DNA of 64,000 nucleotides from an uncultured Alphaproteobacteria bacterium (GTDB taxonomy: Bacteria; Pseudomonadota; Alphaproteobacteria; Micavibrionales; UBA1664), in assembly GCA_943789475.1 (NCBI GenBank), contig CALSUG010000006.1:199425-263424 (forward strand), given 5' to 3'. Of the stretch, positions 28,750-39,605 are shown one piece after another; position 1 is the stretch's first letter; each line of letters starts with the position of its first letter. Both the position numbers and the translations under genes were made by a program. The notes under the pieces were generated by a model. That model did no database searches. It had not been told where the DNA came from and worked only from the letters and a program-made list of their open reading frames with translations.

Positions 28750-30284
28750 CAACATTACGCCTCATTTTAGGAGATCAATTAAACCTAAAAATATCATCTT
28801 TATCTGATTGTAATAAAGATAAAGATATCATTTTGATGTGTGAGGTCTGGGACGAGGCAACTTATGTTCGTCATCATAAAAAGAAAATCGCTTTTATTTT
28901 CTCTGCTATGCGCCATTTTGCTGAAGAGTTAAAAAAGCAAGGTTACAACATTCATTATACAAAACTTGATGGTGAAGAAAACACTGGATCTTTTTGTGGT
29001 GAAGTTAAACGTACGATTGAAGCGCATACCATTGACAGCGTTATTGTAACCGAGGCATCTGAATATCGGGTGCTAAAAAGTATGAGATCATGGAACAGAG
29101 AATTTGGTGTTCCGATTGAAATTCGGCCTGACGATCGGTTTTTATGCACGCACGATGAATTTCAGTCATGGGTGGGTGGACGCAAACAATTACGCATGGA
29201 GTATTTCTATCGTAAGATGAGAAAAAAACACAACATTATTATGGATGGCGAGAAACCCGAAGTCGGTCAATGGAATTACGATAATGAAAATCGTAAACCA
29301 CCCAAAGAGGGCTTGCATCTTCCACAAACTTATATGTTGGATCCAGATGATATAACCCGTGAAGTCATGGATTTAGTGGCAGATCGTTTCCCCAATCATT
29401 TTGGAGACTTAGAACCGTTTCATTTTGCCGTCACGCGCGATCAGGCCTTGCAGGCTCTGAATCAATTTATTCGTGAGCGATTGATGAATTTTGGAGATTA
29501 TCAGGATGCGATGGTTCAAGGTGAGCCATGGATGTATCATGCGCATCTCAGCTTTTACATTAACTGTGGTCTGCTGCTTCCTCTTGAATGTGTGGAGGCA
29601 GCCGAGAATGCCTATCACGATGACAAGGCGCCACTCAATGCCGTGGAAGGTTTTATTCGACAAATTATTGGATGGCGAGAGTATGTGCGCGGTATTTATT
29701 GGTTGCGAATGCCTGCATATGAACGTGAAAATTTTTTAGAGGCGAACCGAGCATTACCAGAACTGTTTTGGGGTGAAAAAACACAAATGAATTGCCTTAG
29801 TCAATGCGTCAAAGAAACAAAAGAAAATGCATATGCACACCACATCCAACGCTTGATGGTGTTGGGGAATTTCGCGTTGATCGCTGGCTTGTCGCCAGAA
29901 GAGGTCAATGAGTGGTATATGATCGTTTATGCCGATGCCTATCAATGGGTTGAGCTGCCCAATGTAACGGGGATGATCCTCTTTGCCGATGGAGGATATT
30001 TGGGGTCCAAGCCCTATGCTGCTAGCGGTGCTTACATCAATAAAATGTCGAATTATTGTAAAGGGTGCAAATATAAGGTCACAAAAAAGAACGGCCCTGA
30101 GGCGTGTCCTTTTAATTATTTATATTGGGATTTTTTAATTCGTAATGAAGATAAACTAAGTAAAAATAATCGTTTAGGTATGATTTACAAAACGCTAGAG
30201 CGTTTTGATGAAAACAAAGTGTCTGCAATTAAAGAGGATAGTAGACGTTTCTTAAAGGCATTGGATCATGGTGAAAAAGTCTAA
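28746..30284 (+). CDS. cryptochrome/photolyase family protein, FeS-BCP / (6-4) photolyase-like (COG3046)
   Basis: 512 aa. N-terminus LRLILGDQL, and the four-Cys pattern (CLSQC...; CKGCKY...; [10 protein letters not shown]) characteristic of iron-sulfur bacterial cryptochrome/photolyases. Confidence 0.8.
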   Translation: MTTLRLILGDQLNLKISSLSDCNKDKDIILMCEVWDEATYVRHHKKKIAFIFSAMRHFAEELKKQGYNIHYTKLDGEENTGSFCGEVKRTIEAHTIDSVIVTEASEYRVLKSMRSWNREFGVPIEIRPDDRFLCTHDEFQSWVGGRKQLRMEYFYRKMRKKHNIIMDGEKPEVGQWNYDNENRKPPKEGLHLPQTYMLDPDDITREVMDLVADRFPNHFGDLEPFHFAVTRDQALQALNQFIRERLMNFGDYQDAMVQGEPWMYHAHLSFYINCGLLLPLECVEAAENAYHDDKAPLNAVEGFIRQIIGWREYVRGIYWLRMPAYERENFLEANRALPELFWGEKTQMNCLSQCVKETKENAYAHHIQRLMVLGNFALIAGLSPEEVNEWYMIVYADAYQWVELPNVTGMILFADGGYLGSKPYAASGAYINKMSNYCKGCKYKVTKKNGPEACPFNYLYWDFLIRNEDKLSKNNRLGMIYKTLERFDENKVSAIKEDSRRFLKALDHGEKV

Positions 30285-30408
30285 TTTACCACAGAAAATA
30301 TGTCTGACGTGTAACCTGCCATTCACGTGGCGGAAAAAGTGGGAAAAAGTATGGAGTGAAGTGAAATATTGTTCGGAAAGATGCCGGCGCCATAAAGGAA
30401 AAAAATGA
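30268..30408 (+). CDS. DUF2256 zinc-ribbon-like small protein (46 aa; absent from the ORF track)
   Basis: [46 protein letters not shown] carries the CxxC...PFxWRKKW...YCSxxCR pattern of DUF2256. It overlaps the photolyase stop in another frame. Confidence 0.7.
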   Translation: MVKKSNLPQKICLTCNLPFTWRKKWEKVWSEVKYCSERCRRHKGKK

Positions 30409-30626
30409 TGAAAGATAGGGCCCCAAAAACAGATATTTCAATAGAGCATAGCCAGATAATAGAGATGGCATGGTGTGATGAGACAAGCTTTGATGCGATT
30501 GAATCGCAAACGGGTTTACTTGAGAAAGATGTGATCCGTATCATGCGCAGCTATATGAAACCATCAAGCTTTCGGATGTGGCGTAAGCGTGTCAGTGGAC
30601 GAAAGGCAAAACATGAAAAATTGTAA
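30405..30626 (+). CDS. DUF2805 / TIGR03643-family small protein
   Basis: 73 aa with [47 protein letters not shown]. It has a 4-nt ATGA overlap with DUF2256. Confidence 0.7.
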   Translation: MMKDRAPKTDISIEHSQIIEMAWCDETSFDAIESQTGLLEKDVIRIMRSYMKPSSFRMWRKRVSGRKAKHEKL

Positions 30627-30671
30627 AGATAATTTGATACATTTTTGCGCTATTTGTTTATATTAAATTCT

Positions 30672-31349
30672 ATGAAAATACTAATCATAGAAGATGACAC
30701 GCAGGTCGCATCCTATATATCTAAGGGAATGTTAGAGGCGGGCCATACTGTTGATATGGCGGACAACGGAAAAGACGGCCTGTTTTTAGCAACAACAGAA
30801 TTATATGATGTCATGATTATTGACCGTATGTTACCTGAATTAGATGGTCTAACAATTATCCAAACATTACGAGGATCGCAAAACCAAACACCTGCGCTAA
30901 TTTTAAGCGCTTTGGGTGAAGTCGATGATCGTATAAAGGGACTTAAATCTGGCGGTGATGATTACATGGTAAAGCCATTTTCATTTGCTGAGTTATTAGC
31001 GCGCGTTGAAATTTTAGGTCGCCGAAACACCAATCAAGCCTCTAAAGAAACGATATTAAAAATTCAGGATTTAGAGTTTAATTTACTCTCACGGCAGGTG
31101 ACGCGACAAGGAAAAATCATAGAATTACAATCAAAAGAATTTCAATTGCTCAATTATATGATAACTCATAAGGGACAGGTTGTGACACGAACCATGTTGT
31201 TGGAACATGTTTGGAATTACCATTTTGACCCACAAACAAATGTGATTGATGTTCATATTTCCAGACTTCGAAACAAAATTGATAAAGGATTTGAAACACA
31301 AATTATAAAGACGGTGCGCGGTGCGGGATACATTATCGAAGACGAATAG
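30672..31349 (+). CDS. OmpR-family response regulator
   Basis: MKILIIEDD, DVMIIDRMLPELDG, a receiver Lys region and a winged-helix C-terminus (VHISRLRNKID...TVRGAGY). The track start at 30645 is a TTG extension. Confidence 0.9.
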   Translation: MKILIIEDDTQVASYISKGMLEAGHTVDMADNGKDGLFLATTELYDVMIIDRMLPELDGLTIIQTLRGSQNQTPALILSALGEVDDRIKGLKSGGDDYMVKPFSFAELLARVEILGRRNTNQASKETILKIQDLEFNLLSRQVTRQGKIIELQSKEFQLLNYMITHKGQVVTRTMLLEHVWNYHFDPQTNVIDVHISRLRNKIDKGFETQIIKTVRGAGYIIEDE

Positions 31350-32598
31350 GCATTATATACAAAGCTCAAGCTTTGTTATGGCGATACTATTCACTATATT
31401 ATGTGGCGGTGCAGCGTTATGCCTTGGGTATTTCATTAATTATTTTACGACAGGGCATTTTATCCATAGTACCGAGGCGGCATTAGACGCCGAAATTCGA
31501 TATCTCGACGCTGACGGTTTAGGTGAGATTCCGCCCGACCATAATAATATTATTTATATTCCACTTGAGGGTTTATCAGAAGATATTACAAAATCAGTTT
31601 CAAAATTGGTTGAAGGTGTTTTAGTTTTTGATCACCCAACAAATGGGAATAAATATGCCGCAAAAATTCATACATTTGATACGGGAAAACAATTATTAAT
31701 TGGACTTGATATTACCGAAATATCTCATGATTTTAAATTCATGCAAATCATTGGTGTTACTAGCATTGTGTTTGTTATGCTGGTTGTTTTTTTCGCTTAT
31801 ATCATCAGTGTTTTTGTGGTGAGTAATACCAATAAAATTGCCCATACAGCCCAAAATATTATTGATACAGGAGATCTGTCGCGACGCTTAGAAGTGGAAT
31901 CAAATTGGGATGATTTAAGTAACATGGCATCTGTTTTGAATAAATTATTAGACCGCATTCAGGAGTTGATGTTAGGTGTGCGTCAGGTGTCAGATAATAT
32001 TGCACATGATTTACGGACCCCCATTACACGGCTTCATAATAAAATTGAGGACCTTGAAACAAAATATGGCCATGACGATTATGCCGCCTTGCGCGATGAG
32101 ACAACGCATATTTTAAATGTTTTTAACGCTCTTTTGCGTATCTCACGTATTGAATCCGAGAAACAAAAAAGTCAATTTCAGACAATTAATATGAAAGATA
32201 TTTTAGAAGATGTTGTTGATTTTTATGCACCCTTAGCGCATGAAAAAAACATCTCGCTCAATGTAGAACTAAATAATAAAAATATATATGGTGATCGAGA
32301 TTTATTGTTTCAGGCCTATGCAAATATTTTGGACAACGCCGTTAAATTCACCCCGGAACAAGGCACTGTTTCAATCTCCATTTTAAACAGTGAAATTCTT
32401 ATTTCAAACACTGGATCAACAGTCAATGACAATGACAAGAATAAAATTTTTGATCGGTTTTACCGAACAGACAGCAGCCGTAATACACCAGGGGCAGGTT
32501 TAGGGCTTAGTCTTGTAAAGGCCGTTATCGATTTGCATGATGGAGCGCTCCATGTTGAAAATAAGGACAACCATTTTACAATTATTACATCTTTGTAA
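31321..32598 (+). CDS. sensor histidine kinase (2 TM, HAMP, HisKA, HATPase_c)
   Basis: H-box SDNIAHDLRTPIT, N-box ILDNAVKFT and G-box GAGLGLSLV. GTG start overlapping the regulator gene. Confidence 0.85.
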   Translation: MRDTLSKTNRHYIQSSSFVMAILFTILCGGAALCLGYFINYFTTGHFIHSTEAALDAEIRYLDADGLGEIPPDHNNIIYIPLEGLSEDITKSVSKLVEGVLVFDHPTNGNKYAAKIHTFDTGKQLLIGLDITEISHDFKFMQIIGVTSIVFVMLVVFFAYIISVFVVSNTNKIAHTAQNIIDTGDLSRRLEVESNWDDLSNMASVLNKLLDRIQELMLGVRQVSDNIAHDLRTPITRLHNKIEDLETKYGHDDYAALRDETTHILNVFNALLRISRIESEKQKSQFQTINMKDILEDVVDFYAPLAHEKNISLNVELNNKNIYGDRDLLFQAYANILDNAVKFTPEQGTVSISILNSEILISNTGSTVNDNDKNKIFDRFYRTDSSRNTPGAGLGLSLVKAVIDLHDGALHVENKDNHFTIITSL

Positions 32599-32634
32599 TT
32601 CGACTTTTAAGACAGTGTCGGTCATATTGAAATC

Positions 32635-33885
32635 ATGAAAATTGCAATTATTGGCGCAGGGATATCGGGCATGGGCGCGGCGTATTTATTGTCACGGCAC
32701 CATGATGTCACCCTCTATGAAAAAAACAATTACCACGGAGGTCACAGTCGTACAATTGATGTTGAAATTGGCGGTTACAAAACGCCTGTGGATACTGGAT
32801 TTATCGTTTTTAATAATTGGAATTATCCTCATTTACTTGGACTGTTTAAAGAGCTAGGCGTCCCATATCAAAAAAGTGATATGTCCTTTGGCGTCTCCAT
32901 TGATAATGGTTGGCTGGAATATGGATCGGACGGCATGTTTTCGCAAAAGCGGAATATTGTCCGTCCAAAATATTATGGTATGTTGGCCGATATATTACGG
33001 TTTAACAAACAAGCATTGACCTATATTGAAAAAGATTCTGAAATTACGCTGCAACAATGTTTGGATGAGCTCAACATGGGAGATTGGTTTCGCCGATATT
33101 ACATGTTGGCGATGGGCGCCGCGATTTGGAGTTGTCCTATCGAAACAATTATGAAATTCCCTGCGAAAACATATCTAAGGTTTTTCAAAAATCATGGGTT
33201 GCTAAGCGTGAATAATCGCCCTCAATGGTATACAGTGACAGGCGGAAGCCGTGAATACACATCGCGGTTAATCGATAAAATAAAAGGCACAACCCAATTC
33301 ACATGTGGTGCAAAAAATATCAAACGTGATGGGGAACATGTCCATGTGACGGACATGCATGATAAAACAGAAATATATGATCAGGTTGTCATGGCATGCC
33401 ACGCTGATGGAGCTTTGGCTATGATCGAAAAACCGACACAAAATGAAGTGGAAATTCTGGGTGGTTTTCAATATCAAGACAACCACATTATCGTCCATTC
33501 CGACGAAACATTCATGCCAAAAACAAAAAAATGTTGGGCTAGTTGGGTTTATTTATCAGAAGGTCGAGAGGATAAGAATGACGCCGTGTCCCTGACATAT
33601 TGGATGAATAATTTACAAGATTTAAATCGTGAGCATCCAATTTTTGTGACGCTTAACCCGGGACGACGCCCTGACGAAAATAAAATTATGGACGAACATG
33701 TTTTCTCTCATCCCATTTTTGATTTAGGCGCGATACAATCACAAGATAGGATTGATAAAATTCAAGGCAAAGATAATTTGTGGTTCTGTGGTGCATATCA
33801 ACGCTATGGTTTCCACGAAGATGGTCTTCTAAGCGCGGTAAATGTTGCCAAGGCAATGGGGATATCAATTCCATGGGAAAAATAA
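32635..33885 (+). CDS. FAD-dependent amine-oxidase-like oxidoreductase (COG2907; UfaD-like)
   Basis: MKIAIIGAGISGMGAAY dinucleotide fold, 416 aa. Conserved partner of DUF1365 and CFA-synthase-family genes. Confidence 0.8.
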   Translation: MKIAIIGAGISGMGAAYLLSRHHDVTLYEKNNYHGGHSRTIDVEIGGYKTPVDTGFIVFNNWNYPHLLGLFKELGVPYQKSDMSFGVSIDNGWLEYGSDGMFSQKRNIVRPKYYGMLADILRFNKQALTYIEKDSEITLQQCLDELNMGDWFRRYYMLAMGAAIWSCPIETIMKFPAKTYLRFFKNHGLLSVNNRPQWYTVTGGSREYTSRLIDKIKGTTQFTCGAKNIKRDGEHVHVTDMHDKTEIYDQVVMACHADGALAMIEKPTQNEVEILGGFQYQDNHIIVHSDETFMPKTKKCWASWVYLSEGREDKNDAVSLTYWMNNLQDLNREHPIFVTLNPGRRPDENKIMDEHVFSHPIFDLGAIQSQDRIDKIQGKDNLWFCGAYQRYGFHEDGLLSAVNVAKAMGISIPWEK

Positions 33886-33887
33886 AT

Positions 33888-34655
33888 ATGCCACAAATTC
33901 TATTTGGGCGCGTGATGCATGCGCGTTTATTACCAAAGAAAAACGCGTTTAATTACGGTATTTATTATATTTCAATTCCATTGTCACAAATTCAAAACGC
34001 ACCTATTTCTTATAATAAATTTGGTTTGTTAAGCTTTTTTGATAAAGATCATGGAGCGTGTGATGGGTCAAATCTTGATGCATGGGCACGTCAAATTTTA
34101 ACTGATTACAATATTCAAAATGTCACCGACATCACATTGATGTGCATACCGCGTGTGATGGGATACGTTTTCAACCCAGTTTCCTTTTGGATATGTCGCG
34201 ATAAAGACAAAAATATACGCGCTGTTATTTGCGAGGTTCATAATACATTTGGTGAACGTCATACCTATCTGTGTGCGCACCCGAATCATCACCCCATCAA
34301 AAATCAGGATGTTTTAAAAGGTGAGAAATTATTTCATGTTTCACCTTTTTTAGAACGTGAAGGACATTACGAATTCAAATTTCAAATTACGGCCGATGAT
34401 TTAAAAATTGATATTAATTTTTTTAATGCTGATGGTGAGAGACAACTTCTGACTTATCTCAAAGGGGATCTTGAAACAATGACTTCGTTATCATTACGCA
34501 AAGCATTTTGGAAATACCCTCTTGTCACATTCAAGGCGATTATTTTAATTCACTGGCAAGCTCTCAAAATTATTGCAAAAGGGATCAAATATATTTCAAA
34601 ACCAGACCAAAAAACAGAATCGTTAAGCACAACAACAAACCTTACAAAAATGTAA
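33888..34655 (+). CDS. DUF1365 family protein (UfaO-like)
   Basis: Starts MPQILFGRVMHARLLPKKNAFNYGIYY, with the HxR...F.Y pattern typical of DUF1365. The track ORF start at 33780 overlaps the previous gene and is an over-extension. Confidence 0.75.
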   Translation: MPQILFGRVMHARLLPKKNAFNYGIYYISIPLSQIQNAPISYNKFGLLSFFDKDHGACDGSNLDAWARQILTDYNIQNVTDITLMCIPRVMGYVFNPVSFWICRDKDKNIRAVICEVHNTFGERHTYLCAHPNHHPIKNQDVLKGEKLFHVSPFLEREGHYEFKFQITADDLKIDINFFNADGERQLLTYLKGDLETMTSLSLRKAFWKYPLVTFKAIILIHWQALKIIAKGIKYISKPDQKTESLSTTTNLTKM

Positions 34656-34701
34656 TTTGTGCGCCATGTGCCGTTTATAATGAAAGAGGTAGAATAATAA
34701 T

Positions 34702-35862
34702 ATGCTGACACAAAAAATATCAAACCAACTATTTAAAAAACTTGATAACATGGAATCGGGGTATCTTAAAATTATTACGCCTGATGGTCAAACGCGTGAA
34801 TTTCAGGGGCGCGATCAAGGAGAAAAGGCCACGATTGAATTTCGCGATTGGAGTGTATTATCAAACATGATACGCAAAGGTGATATTGGTTTTGCCGAAG
34901 ATTATCGCGCGGGAAAATGGGAAACTGATAATCTGGCGGGGCTTACAACATTGGGCCTGCAAAACCGACAATCGATGCAAGACCTTGTCTCTGGGGGGCG
35001 CATGGGGCGCGTTATGGCGATGCTTTCTTATTTGTTAAAAATTAATTCTATCAAAGGCAGTAAGCGCAATATCCATGCCCATTATGATTTGGGTAATGAT
35101 TTCTATAAATTATGGTTGGACCCTTCCATGACATACTCATCTGGTATTTTCAAAGATTCTTCTGAAAATTTAACGAACGCGCAGTATAATAAATATGACC
35201 GTATTGTTGACTGCCTTAATACAAATTCTGGATCTGTTTTAGAAGTGGGATGTGGTTGGGGTGGTTTTGCAGAACGCGCGTGTGAACAAGGCGATTTTGA
35301 CATTAAAGGCATTACATTGTCCGAAGAACAACATGACTATGCGCGTGATCGTTTGGGGCAAAATGCCAATATTGTATTGGAAGATTATCGCCATCAATCA
35401 GGAAAGTTTGACAATATCGTTTCCATTGAAATGTTTGAAGCCGTAGGAGAACGTTATTGGGCGACTTATTTCTCAAAAATTAAAGAGTTGCTCAGCAAAA
35501 ATGGTAAGGCCGTTATTCAAACGATCACAATGAATGAACAAGACTTTCCTCAATATCGTCGCGGGGGTGATTTTATCCGCAGCTTTATTTTCCCAGGTGG
35601 CATGTTGCCCAGCCCAACACGATTTAAAGAAGAAGCGTCAAAAGCAGGGTTGCACGCCCATAATGATTTTTATTTCGGACAAGGTTATGCGCGAACATTG
35701 GAGCTATGGCTGGAAACATTTGAGAATAAATATAATCATGTTAAAGCGCTTGGCTTTGATGATGGCTTTATTCGATTATGGCGTTTTTATCTGGCAGGCT
35801 GTATCGCGGGATTTAAAACCGAACGCACGAATGTCATGCAAATTGAACTCAGTCATGCTTAA
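34702..35862 (+). CDS. cyclopropane-fatty-acyl-phospholipid synthase family SAM-dependent methyltransferase
   Basis: 386 aa with HYDLGNDFYKLWLD, VLEVGCGWGGFA (SAM motif I), IVSIEMFEAVG and FIFPGG. Confidence 0.85.
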   Translation: MLTQKISNQLFKKLDNMESGYLKIITPDGQTREFQGRDQGEKATIEFRDWSVLSNMIRKGDIGFAEDYRAGKWETDNLAGLTTLGLQNRQSMQDLVSGGRMGRVMAMLSYLLKINSIKGSKRNIHAHYDLGNDFYKLWLDPSMTYSSGIFKDSSENLTNAQYNKYDRIVDCLNTNSGSVLEVGCGWGGFAERACEQGDFDIKGITLSEEQHDYARDRLGQNANIVLEDYRHQSGKFDNIVSIEMFEAVGERYWATYFSKIKELLSKNGKAVIQTITMNEQDFPQYRRGGDFIRSFIFPGGMLPSPTRFKEEASKAGLHAHNDFYFGQGYARTLELWLETFENKYNHVKALGFDDGFIRLWRFYLAGCIAGFKTERTNVMQIELSHA

Positions 35863-36367
35863 GTTTTTTCTTACATTATTCATGTCTATTTCGACGCCTG
35901 TTTTTGCGGATTCAGTTGTTGAAAATTATATGCCTGATGCGCAAAAAGTGGGCGAAGGTCGGCTCACATTTTTGGCATGGGATCTTTACGATGCGACTTT
36001 ATATGCACCTAAAGGTCAATGGAAAAGCGTGGGGCCGTTTGCATTAAAGCTGTCTTATTTTCGTGAAGTCTCGGGAACTGATATTGCGGATCAGTCGATG
36101 GAAGGAATTCGCAACCAAGGGTTTGATAATGAAATTAAGTTGGCGGCATGGCATGCACAATTGAAAAAAATATTCCCTAATGTTGCGAAAGGATCAAATT
36201 TAATTGGTATTTATAAACACACAGGTGAGACCATTTTTTATGATCAAGAAAATAAAATAGGGCAAATTAATAATCCAGAATTTGGCCGTTTATTCTTTAA
36301 TATCTGGCTAGGCGAAAAAACGAATGTTCCTCATCTTCGCAAAAAATTACTGGGGCGATCTTCATGA
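35855..36367 (+). CDS. chalcone-isomerase-like periplasmic protein
   Basis: 170 aa counted from the internal ATG. Signal peptide MLKFFLTLFMSISTPVFA, then LTFLAWDLYDATLYAP. It overlaps the cfa-like stop by 8 nt. The track start at 35534 is an over-extension. Confidence 0.6.
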   Translation: MLKFFLTLFMSISTPVFADSVVENYMPDAQKVGEGRLTFLAWDLYDATLYAPKGQWKSVGPFALKLSYFREVSGTDIADQSMEGIRNQGFDNEIKLAAWHAQLKKIFPNVAKGSNLIGIYKHTGETIFYDQENKIGQINNPEFGRLFFNIWLGEKTNVPHLRKKLLGRSS

Positions 36368-37659
36368 CTACTTCCCTATCACAGGCATCATTATTCCAAT
36401 ATGGATTCCTCGCCTTGCCTTTGGCCTTTGCGGGGGTACCGCTTTACATTCACGCACCTGATTTTTATACACGGGATTTGGGATTAAGCCTTGGTTTGAT
36501 TGGCGCGATATTACTATTTATTCGCTTGTTTGATGCTGTTCAAGATCCGATTATTGGATACTTGAGTGATAAGTACCCACGCCAACGGCACAATATTATA
36601 ATGGTTGGCATCACATTGTTGATGGTTGGGATCAGTGGTATTTTTCATGGTAATCATTCACCAATCCCCCTTTCAGTATGGTTTACCCTGTCGATGATTG
36701 TTGCGACGACGGGTTTTAGTATTTTGGCAATAAACCTGACCATGATTGGCGGCTTATGGTCGAATGATAAAAATGAACGCACACGAATATCATCCTGGCG
36801 CGAAGCCTTTAGTTTGGTTGGGTTATTAATCGCTTCCATTATCCCAACATTATTTTCTTATGATTATTTAGTCGTCACATTTATAGCGTTGATCGGTGTT
36901 GCATATTATTTATTCGCTAATTTTTTAAAAGATAATCCTGTCCAAAATAACAAAAAAAACGCAACGATATCATTTTCATTTTTAAAAATTTTATTCGGGC
37001 AAGATAGATTATTTTTTACAATTTGTTTTATCACCCATATCGCCGCGGCCATCCCTGCGGTGATGGTACTATTCTTTATTAATGATTATTTACAAGCGGA
37101 AAGCTTGCAAGGACTATTCCTTCTTCTTTATTTCCTATCGGGCGCTTTATTTATGCCATTTTGGACATGGGGCGCGGCGCGGTTTGGCAAATATCAAACA
37201 TGGATAGGGGCGATGGTTTTATCTGTTATTACATTCTGTTTTGCCTATACATTGCAATCAGGTGATATTGTCACCTATGGTATTATTTGTATGCTATCAG
37301 GTATTGCACTTGGCGGTGACTTATCTCTTCCACCTTCTATTTTAGCAGACCGAATTAGCAGAAAAAAACAAGAATATCAGGCGACACAATATTATGCGGC
37401 CTTGGCCTTTTTGCCCAAAATTGCCGTTGCGATTGCCAGTGGTGGAACATTTTTGATTTTAAATCATTATGGTTTCACCGTCGGCGCAGAAAAATCAGAG
37501 TACACGCAAAAGGTGATGATTGTTATGTATGCACTTGTCCCATGTTTTATTAAATTGATCGCCGTTGTATTATTATGGCGATTAGATGACTTCAAAGGAG
37601 AAAAAGATGAAAAAATTAATGAAAGGATTAATGCTCATGAGCGTTCTAGGATTTCTTAG
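36364..37659 (+). CDS. MFS/GPH-type transporter
   Basis: 431 aa, ~12 TM segments, RLFDAVQDPIIGYLSD motif. Confidence 0.75.
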   Translation: MTTSLSQASLFQYGFLALPLAFAGVPLYIHAPDFYTRDLGLSLGLIGAILLFIRLFDAVQDPIIGYLSDKYPRQRHNIIMVGITLLMVGISGIFHGNHSPIPLSVWFTLSMIVATTGFSILAINLTMIGGLWSNDKNERTRISSWREAFSLVGLLIASIIPTLFSYDYLVVTFIALIGVAYYLFANFLKDNPVQNNKKNATISFSFLKILFGQDRLFFTICFITHIAAAIPAVMVLFFINDYLQAESLQGLFLLLYFLSGALFMPFWTWGAARFGKYQTWIGAMVLSVITFCFAYTLQSGDIVTYGIICMLSGIALGGDLSLPPSILADRISRKKQEYQATQYYAALAFLPKIAVAIASGGTFLILNHYGFTVGAEKSEYTQKVMIVMYALVPCFIKLIAVVLLWRLDDFKGEKDEKINERINAHERSRIS

Positions 37660-38152
37660 TGGATGTTTTGGCGGACCATCCCTCAAACACTACGACAACA
37701 CAACACCTCAGTTGAGCTTGGAAGAATATTTCTCAGGCCCGATTAAGGCATGGGGTATTGTTCAAGACCATCGTGGCAATGTCACACGGCGTTTTGATGT
37801 GACAATGAACGGCACATGGAAAGATGGTGTTGGAACATTGGATGAAGATTTTGAATATTATGATGGCGAAACACAAAAACGTATTTGGACAATTACAAAG
37901 ATCGCCGATAATAAATATGAAGGGCGCGCAGGCGATATTTTGGATAAAGCCACGGGCGAGGTGAATGGTCAGGCCATGCGATGGGCGTATGTGATGGACT
38001 TGCCTGTTGGGGACACAACATATAAAATCACATTTGATGATTGGATGTTCATGATGAATGATGGCGTTTTGATCAATCGATCTTATCTTAAAAAATTCGG
38101 TGTGACGGTTGCTGAGCTCACATTATTCATGCAAAAACAGGATGCGAAATAG
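37607..38152 (+). CDS. DUF3833 lipocalin-like lipoprotein
   Basis: Lipobox LSGC, then LEEYFSGPIKAWGIVQDHRGNVTRRFDV...W.I.K. The track start at 37586 is probably too early. Confidence 0.7.
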   Translation: MKKLMKGLMLMSVLGFLSGCFGGPSLKHYDNTTPQLSLEEYFSGPIKAWGIVQDHRGNVTRRFDVTMNGTWKDGVGTLDEDFEYYDGETQKRIWTITKIADNKYEGRAGDILDKATGEVNGQAMRWAYVMDLPVGDTTYKITFDDWMFMMNDGVLINRSYLKKFGVTVAELTLFMQKQDAK

Positions 38153-38154
38153 AG

Positions 38155-38895
38155 ATGAAAAATAAATCAGTTTGGATTATTGGGTGTAGCTCGGGCATTG
38201 GTGAGGCCCTTGCCAAAGAACTGCATGACCAAGGTTCCAACCTGGTTTTATCGGCACGGAACGAAGATAAACTGAACGCGTTGAATAATGAACTTGATCA
38301 AAAACATCAGGTTTTACCATTAGACGCTGGCAATCCACAGGCAATGATCAAAGCAAGTAAGAGCATTAAAAATTTAGACAGCGTTGTCTTTTTGGCGGCG
38401 ATTTATTCGCCCCATTCCGATACCCCCAAACCCATCGAGTTTGTGCATGACATGATCAATGTTAATTTAGGCGGTGCTTTTAACACTGTCTATGCCGTGC
38501 GTGATCTATTCGAAAAACAAGGATACGGACATATTGCATTATGCGGGTCTGTTGCGGGGTATCGAGGACTTCCGAATGGACAACCTTATTGTGCGACCAA
38601 GGCCGCGATTATTAATTACGCTGAAAGCCTTAAAATCGAGCTTGAACCAAAAAATATCAAGGTTCAAGTCATCAATCCTGGCTTTGTGAAAAGTCCTCTC
38701 ACGGATAAAAATGAATTTGATATGCTGATGATCATGGAAACAAAAGACGCGGCGAAAGCCTTGGCAAAGGGCTTATCCTCAAATCGTTTTGAAATTAATT
38801 TTCCATGGGGATTTACGGTTATCATGAAACTCATTCGGGCGCTTCCCCAATGTCTGTATTTTATGCTTTCCCGTCAAATGAGAGATAAACAGTAA
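38155..38895 (+). CDS. SDR-family oxidoreductase
   Basis: IIGCSSGIGEALA (TGxxxGxG variant) and YCATKAA (YxxxK). Confidence 0.85.
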   Translation: MKNKSVWIIGCSSGIGEALAKELHDQGSNLVLSARNEDKLNALNNELDQKHQVLPLDAGNPQAMIKASKSIKNLDSVVFLAAIYSPHSDTPKPIEFVHDMINVNLGGAFNTVYAVRDLFEKQGYGHIALCGSVAGYRGLPNGQPYCATKAAIINYAESLKIELEPKNIKVQVINPGFVKSPLTDKNEFDMLMIMETKDAAKALAKGLSSNRFEINFPWGFTVIMKLIRALPQCLYFMLSRQMRDKQ

Positions 38896-39605
38896 TGTAT
38901 AATCACATTGCCATCATAGGCAGTTCAAGGGCCATAGGCAGCGCCTTTTATGCCGAGCTATCCACGCTCTGTCCTCAGGCGGTTATCCATACATTTTCAA
39001 GGCATGATGAAGGCCGCAGCCACCATCATATGATTGATTATACTGATGAAAAAACAATTGAACACTCCGCCAAAAAAGCATCTTTGGGTGCGCCATTTGA
39101 CCTTATTCTTGTTACAACAGGCGTTTTAAAGACTGAACCCAACATCGAGCCTGAAAAGTCTTTAAAAGATTTATCAGCACACAAATTTGAGGCCATTTTT
39201 GCGGCCAACACAATTTTTCCAGCTCTGATCGCAAAACATTTTTTGCCAAAATTAAATAGAAAAGATCGATCTGTTTTTGCCGTTTTATCAGCGCGGGTCG
39301 GTAGCATATCGGATAATCATTTGGGAGGGTGGCATGCTTACCGTGCATCAAAATCCGCCCTGAATATGATTATTAAAAACGCAGCTATTGAAATTGGACG
39401 ACGATGTCCAAATGCAATTATTGTGTCTTTACATCCTGGAACAGTCGATAGCAAACTTTCTAAACCGTTTCAAAGTCAGGTGTCAAAAGACAAATTATTT
39501 ACGCCAGAATATTCGGTTCAAAAATTGATAAATGTTATGAACGGCCTGACACCGGATGACAGCGGAAAATGCTTTGGATGGGATGGGCAGGAAATCGAAC
39601 CATGA
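38895..39605 (+). CDS. SDR-family oxidoreductase (CsgA/C-factor-like)
   Basis: IIGSSRAIGSAF and YRASKSALN. The stop overlaps the photolyase start. Confidence 0.8.
   Translation: MYNHIAIIGSSRAIGSAFYAELSTLCPQAVIHTFSRHDEGRSHHHMIDYTDEKTIEHSAKKASLGAPFDLILVTTGVLKTEPNIEPEKSLKDLSAHKFEAIFAANTIFPALIAKHFLPKLNRKDRSVFAVLSARVGSISDNHLGGWHAYRASKSALNMIIKNAAIEIGRRCPNAIIVSLHPGTVDSKLSKPFQSQVSKDKLFTPEYSVQKLINVMNGLTPDDSGKCFGWDGQEIEP

Noticed and set aside
30315-30325. CCTGCCATTCA 11-mer identical to the attR/repeat 5' end, inside DUF2256
   Set aside because: It encodes the conserved N-L-P-F-T motif of the protein and has no flanking similarity to the repeat. I treat it as coincidence. It does show that the short core alone is weak evidence.
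30286-30544. Minus-strand ORFs 30286..30486 and 30323..30544
   Set aside because: They are antisense shadows of the plus-strand DUF2256 and DUF2805 genes, which have recognisable family patterns.
33780-33887. N-terminal extensions of track ORFs 33780..34655 and 35534..36367 (also 37586, 39569, 30645, 23830 starts)
   Set aside because: The extensions overlap the preceding gene in another frame. Family-typical N-termini begin at internal Met codons that sit at or next to the upstream stop codons.
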